This document shows, piece after piece, positions 59,885 through 64,000 of a stretch of 64,000 nt of DNA (its first letter is position 1; the number at the start of each line of letters is the position of its first letter). This stretch comes from the human T2T-CHM13v2.0 reference genome, Homo sapiens: NCBI RefSeq assembly GCF_009914755.1, contig NC_060934.1. One strand, given 5' to 3'. Made by a program: the position numbers and the translations under genes. The notes beneath the pieces are model-generated. The model did no database searches. It saw only the letters and a program-made list of their open reading frames with translations, and was not told the origin of the DNA.

Positions 59885-60150
59885 AACAATAGTAATAATA
59901 ATTGTCTGGAAATAAAGAATGAATGTTTCAGGGCTTACTCTATGATGAGCTCTGTAATAAGCACATCCCATGTATCATCTTATTTAGAGCACCCGCTAAA
60001 AGTGATGTTGTTTTCAACAAGTTACAGATAAGAAAACTGAGGTGTTGGGAAGTTAAATAATGTCCCCAAGATTACAAAACTAGTAACTGGCTAAACTTGG
60101 AATTCAAATTCAAACAATATTAGCCCAGAACAAGTCCTCTTGCCTAATCC
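59885..60150 (-). mobile_element. MIR
   Basis: ttacagataagaaaactgagg...gttaaataatgtccccaagattaca...ggaattcaaa. Confidence 0.75.
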
Positions 60151-61545
60151 ACTCTGATCTATACATTACACATTCTTTAGAAGAAGAACCCTCTTCCCAT
60201 TTATTTTTGTATTATTCAAAGTCTGTGAAATGCTTGGCTCATATGTATTTAATATTTGCTGAAAGAATAAACAGAATAATTAGAGCAATCTGAAATGCTA
60301 ACCAAATCTGTCTCATGCCAGTGTTTTTCACACTACACACCCTCTAAAATCAATTTTAAAACAGACTTTAAAAAGGGTACATGCTATTCAAATATAAGGT
60401 ATTAGCAGAAGTTAGAACATTCACGTAAAGGGATGCTCCTGAGTTTGGTTACGATTGGATCTCTTTTTAGAGAGCTATATTCAGTTAGGGGTTGCTTTAG
60501 CAAGTTGGATTCTCAACAGTTCTTAAGGGGGCAGAAATCCAAGCATGGCTGCTCCATATGCATGAATTTGAACAGAAAGATTTAGAGAAAGGTTGTGGTG
60601 GAAGAGAAAGTATAGGGAAAAAATGAGAAAATATGAATGAGGTGGTTTGCTTTCCTTATGTAACCTGCTGCTTGTTTTATTAAGCATAGGTCTTCTGCAA
60701 TATGAAATAGTTCACAAAAGTTTTTAAATAGCCTAAAAATTTAAACACTTAATGATGGAGAATTGTTAACCTAAGCCATAATCTAAAACCAAAGAGAAGG
60801 GTTCCTTTAGCTTCTCAGACTTTGAAAGCATTGAGAGCTGAACCCTATGGGACAGTAAAGAGAATCACATTTTATGTCTGTATTTTTACAGATATCCTTA
60901 AGGCATGAAAGTTTATCCTTTCACCAGAGACTACAATTAATATTTCAAGGCTGAATTAGATCTGCTCACCTAAAATGGAACAGAAGGCCGCAAGGAAAAC
61001 ATTGTCAGGAGAAGGGTATGTAAAAAGACAAGTTACTGCCTAAAAATGCACCCTTAAAAAGTATGAAAACCTTCAACTAGAAAGGAAAACATGGCGGACT
61101 TTTACCATAAAAAATGTAATAGAAATTCCTGTCAGGTCTCTTCTGCCTGTGGTGAATATTTAAAGTCTAGATACAATATATTTCTTTTGGAGATGGACTA
61201 TCAAATCACTTGAGAGTCTTTGAATATAAAACACAGAACCAAACAAATCCAAAGCATAATTTAAGACAGTCTTCCCCTACAGCCCAAGTTAGTCTTTCCA
61301 CATCATCAACTTTACCTAAGGCCCTGGTCCATAGAAAACAAATCAGATATTTAAATACCGTTCATGAGGAAAAAAATAAAAAAATTTCCCTCCACTCTCC
61401 CCTGTAGACAGATTACTAAATGGAGTTCATATATTTAAGAAACATTTCAGAAATAGTTAGAGAAAGCTCCAGTTATAACCTTGCTATCAAATAACTAGGC
61501 TAAACCATTTTAAATTGACTATATTGAAACTAAAATAACCTTTAT

Positions 61546-61962
61546 TGCTATACTTTAGGTGTTTGTCCCCTCCAAATCTTATGTTAAAATGTAATCACTA
61601 GTATGGTAGTGTTGGGAGGTAGGACCTAGTGGGAGATGTTTGGATCATGGAGGTCGAACCCTCATGAATAGATTAATGCCCTCCTGGTGGGGTGAGTGAG
61701 TTTTCATTCTGTTAGTTTCCATGACAACTGTCTGCTGAAAAGAGCATGGCACTTCTCTCTCAACTTGCTCTGCTCTCTTGCTTCCTTTCTTGCTAGGTGA
61801 TCTCTGCACAAACTGGCTCCCCTTCGCCTTCCACCAAGAGTGGAAGCAGCCTGAGACACCCAGTCTTCTAACCAGCAGATCATGAGCCAAATAAACCTTT
61901 TTTCTTGACAAATTATCCAGTCTCAGGTGTTCCTTTATAGCAACACAAAATGGACTAAGACA
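61546..61962 (+). mobile_element. MSTB-type solo LTR
   Basis: TGCTAT...TGTTTGTCCCCTCCAAA...CCCTCATGAATAGATTAATGCC...GCAACACAAAATGGACTAAGACA. Confidence 0.85.
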
Positions 61963-62025
61963 CCTAGGCCTTTTTATAATTAGAAACAATGTATTCACCC
62001 ATGTGAGCTGGAACTGCATCTGTAA

Positions 62026-62371
62026 CTGGTGTTGGTAATCCAAGACCCATGGGCCAAATCTGGCCTGCTAATTGGATATGGCCCTTGAGCTAAGAAGGTT
62101 TTGTTTTTATGGTTTTTTGTTTTGTTTTGTTTGCAGTTAAATTGCTGAAAAATATTTAAAAGAAGAATATTTTATGTCTAAAGATTATGTGAAATTCAAA
62201 TTTCAGGGCTCTTAAAGTTATGTTGGAACACAGCCATGCCCATTCATTTATGTACTGTCTATGGCTGCTTTCACTCTACAACAGCCAAGCTGAGTAGATA
62301 GAATGGTGTTTGGCCCATGGTGCCTAAAATACTTACTATGGTCTTTTTCAGAAAAAGATTGTGGATCCTCA
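62026..62371 (+). mobile_element. MER58B-like hAT-Charlie MITE
   Basis: gggccaaatctggcctg...gaaattcaaatttcag...ttggaacacagccatgcccattcattta...gtctatggctgcttt. Confidence 0.8.
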
Positions 62372-63143
62372 ATTTATGACATTCCTGATTTTTCGGACAA
62401 CACCAATTTCACATATTATCATCTATTATGAGTATATGTGTCCTAATCATTTGAAAAACATGTACTCTAGCTAGAAATCCCCATCTAAATAGTATAAAAT
62501 GATTCAACTCTCAAAATAATCAAGTCCATGGAATGAAACAGGCACTTGAAACAGCAACGTATTGCTCTTCATTTTTTTCTTTATTTATTTCTTTTGCTCT
62601 CCCAGTTCTTGTTTCTCATTCACGGCTCAGTGAAGAGTCCAGATTTTGGCTATATTTATTTAATACTGAATGACCACAGGATCCTTCATGGTAGAACACC
62701 CTTAGGAACAACACGTGGTTCAGCTTATTGGATATGAGCCAGCAGCTGTGCTGAGAATGTCAAGGTTCTCTCATGCACATGGGGCTCTGGCAATCCAAAG
62801 AAAAATGAGACACAATCCCTGCCCTTGAAACACTTCCAACATATAGAAGAACATCACCAAAGCCGGGAAGGCACAAGATGTGTTTGCTAAGTAATCTGGT
62901 ACTGCAGTTTCTACACCATTATGGTAGTTATCCATAGGTTCTTGGCAATATATAAAATAGTGTTTTATAAAGACAAATTGGTTCATTTTAAAAACAATGA
63001 TTATTTCCACATTTGTAATCTATGTTTTAAGTTAAAGCCATCTTTATTTCATCAAACAATAATGACAGTTATAGTGATGACACTTGTATATATTTTAATA
63101 CTTTATTGACATTATTGAGGATATGTCCAAAGCACAGAGCAAT

Positions 63144-63179
<36 letters not shown>
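63144..63179. repeat. (CAT)n trinucleotide microsatellite, about 12 units
   Basis: Directly visible; source of the poly-Met pseudo-ORF. Confidence 0.95.
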
Positions 63180-63309
63180 GTGCAAGAAATGCCAAAGTCT
63201 AGAAACTGGTTGACAAGACCAAGTTGTGGAATAATGGTTGGAAAAGTTCAAAGGTGAGGTTAGTGTGTTCAAATCGCCCAGAGTCATGATTGCCAAGTGA
63301 AAGAATTTA

Positions 63310-63745
63310 AATGTAATTTATGAGTCAAAGGGGAGCCATTAAAAGTTTTTGAGCTAGAGAATGACATAATTAGAGTAGTGCTTCAGGAAGATTAATTTGG
63401 CAGCAGGAAGGATTGGCTGTGGAAGAGACTGAAATCAGGGAGCACATTTTAAAGAAGATTGTTACTTCCAAATGAGATGTAATGAAGTCCTGAAACAAGT
63501 AACTGTCACAGTGGGAATGCGGCGGGGGGGGGGGGGTGGGGGAAAGAACAGATGGGAGACACACGTGTGGGGTCAGACTTGATGGGACACTGTGACTAAC
63601 TGAATAAGAGGGTTAGAGAGCAAAAAGAGTCAAAGAAGCCTCCATGCTTAAGTGCTAGGTGACTGGACCAACTTGGGTGCCATCAACAGAAATAGGAAAT
63701 GGGGAGAAGGAACACATTTGAGAGTGATTGCAAGACGCAATATTA
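63310..63745 (-). mobile_element. L2 fragment
   Basis: gggagccattaaaagtttttgagc...atgacataattaga...ggaagattaatttggcagcag...gagtcaaaga...gtgccatcaacagaaatagg. Confidence 0.7.
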
Positions 63746-64000
63746 ATTCTAAAATAAAAAGCAAAAGCTAGTCCAGATTTAAGTCACAGAGTATAGCCAC
63801 TGAAAACAGGAATTTGACTAGGTAAGTGCTTTAACACTTCATGTCCTTTTCACTACACTGCTTAGAGCTATGCCTCCCTAGGGCACATACAACAGAAATC
63901 TATAGATCTGTATTTCCAGAGGACTGTAAGTTCACCGTATTTTGCAAATCTAAGCAAGCAGATACAGTGAAGGTTAGTCCCCCTTAACCAACAAAGCAAC

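Overview
Non-coding catarrhine primate (human-like) genomic DNA, AT-rich and made up largely of transposon fossils. I can support no intact protein-coding gene, CRISPR array or functional RNA gene. Long ORFs in the track come from L1 ORF2/ORF0, ERV gag/pol, Alus or simple repeats. Main contents: about 10 Alus (J, S, Y; one nested); an L1PA4-like element with a large internal deletion; a long L1MC1; L1PA3-like and L1PA15/16-like 3' ends; a tRNA-Pro-primed class I ERV (HUERS-P-like) lacking pro/RT, env and the 3' LTR; solo LTRs (MSTA, MSTB, THE1A/B, MER57, MER93); DNA-transposon relics; MIR/L2; and a 35-nt U2 snRNA retro-fragment. The most unusual signal is structural: a cluster of apparent template-switch scars at 25.5-29.2 kb (patchwork ERV breakpoint, 237-bp inverted duplication ending in a perfect 30-bp palindrome, 47-bp quasi-palindrome), with similar scars at 11.0, 34.35 and 38.2 kb. 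I found no evidence of a new multi-gene system. Repeat subfamily names come from remembered consensus sequences, and boundaries of old repeats are approximate.
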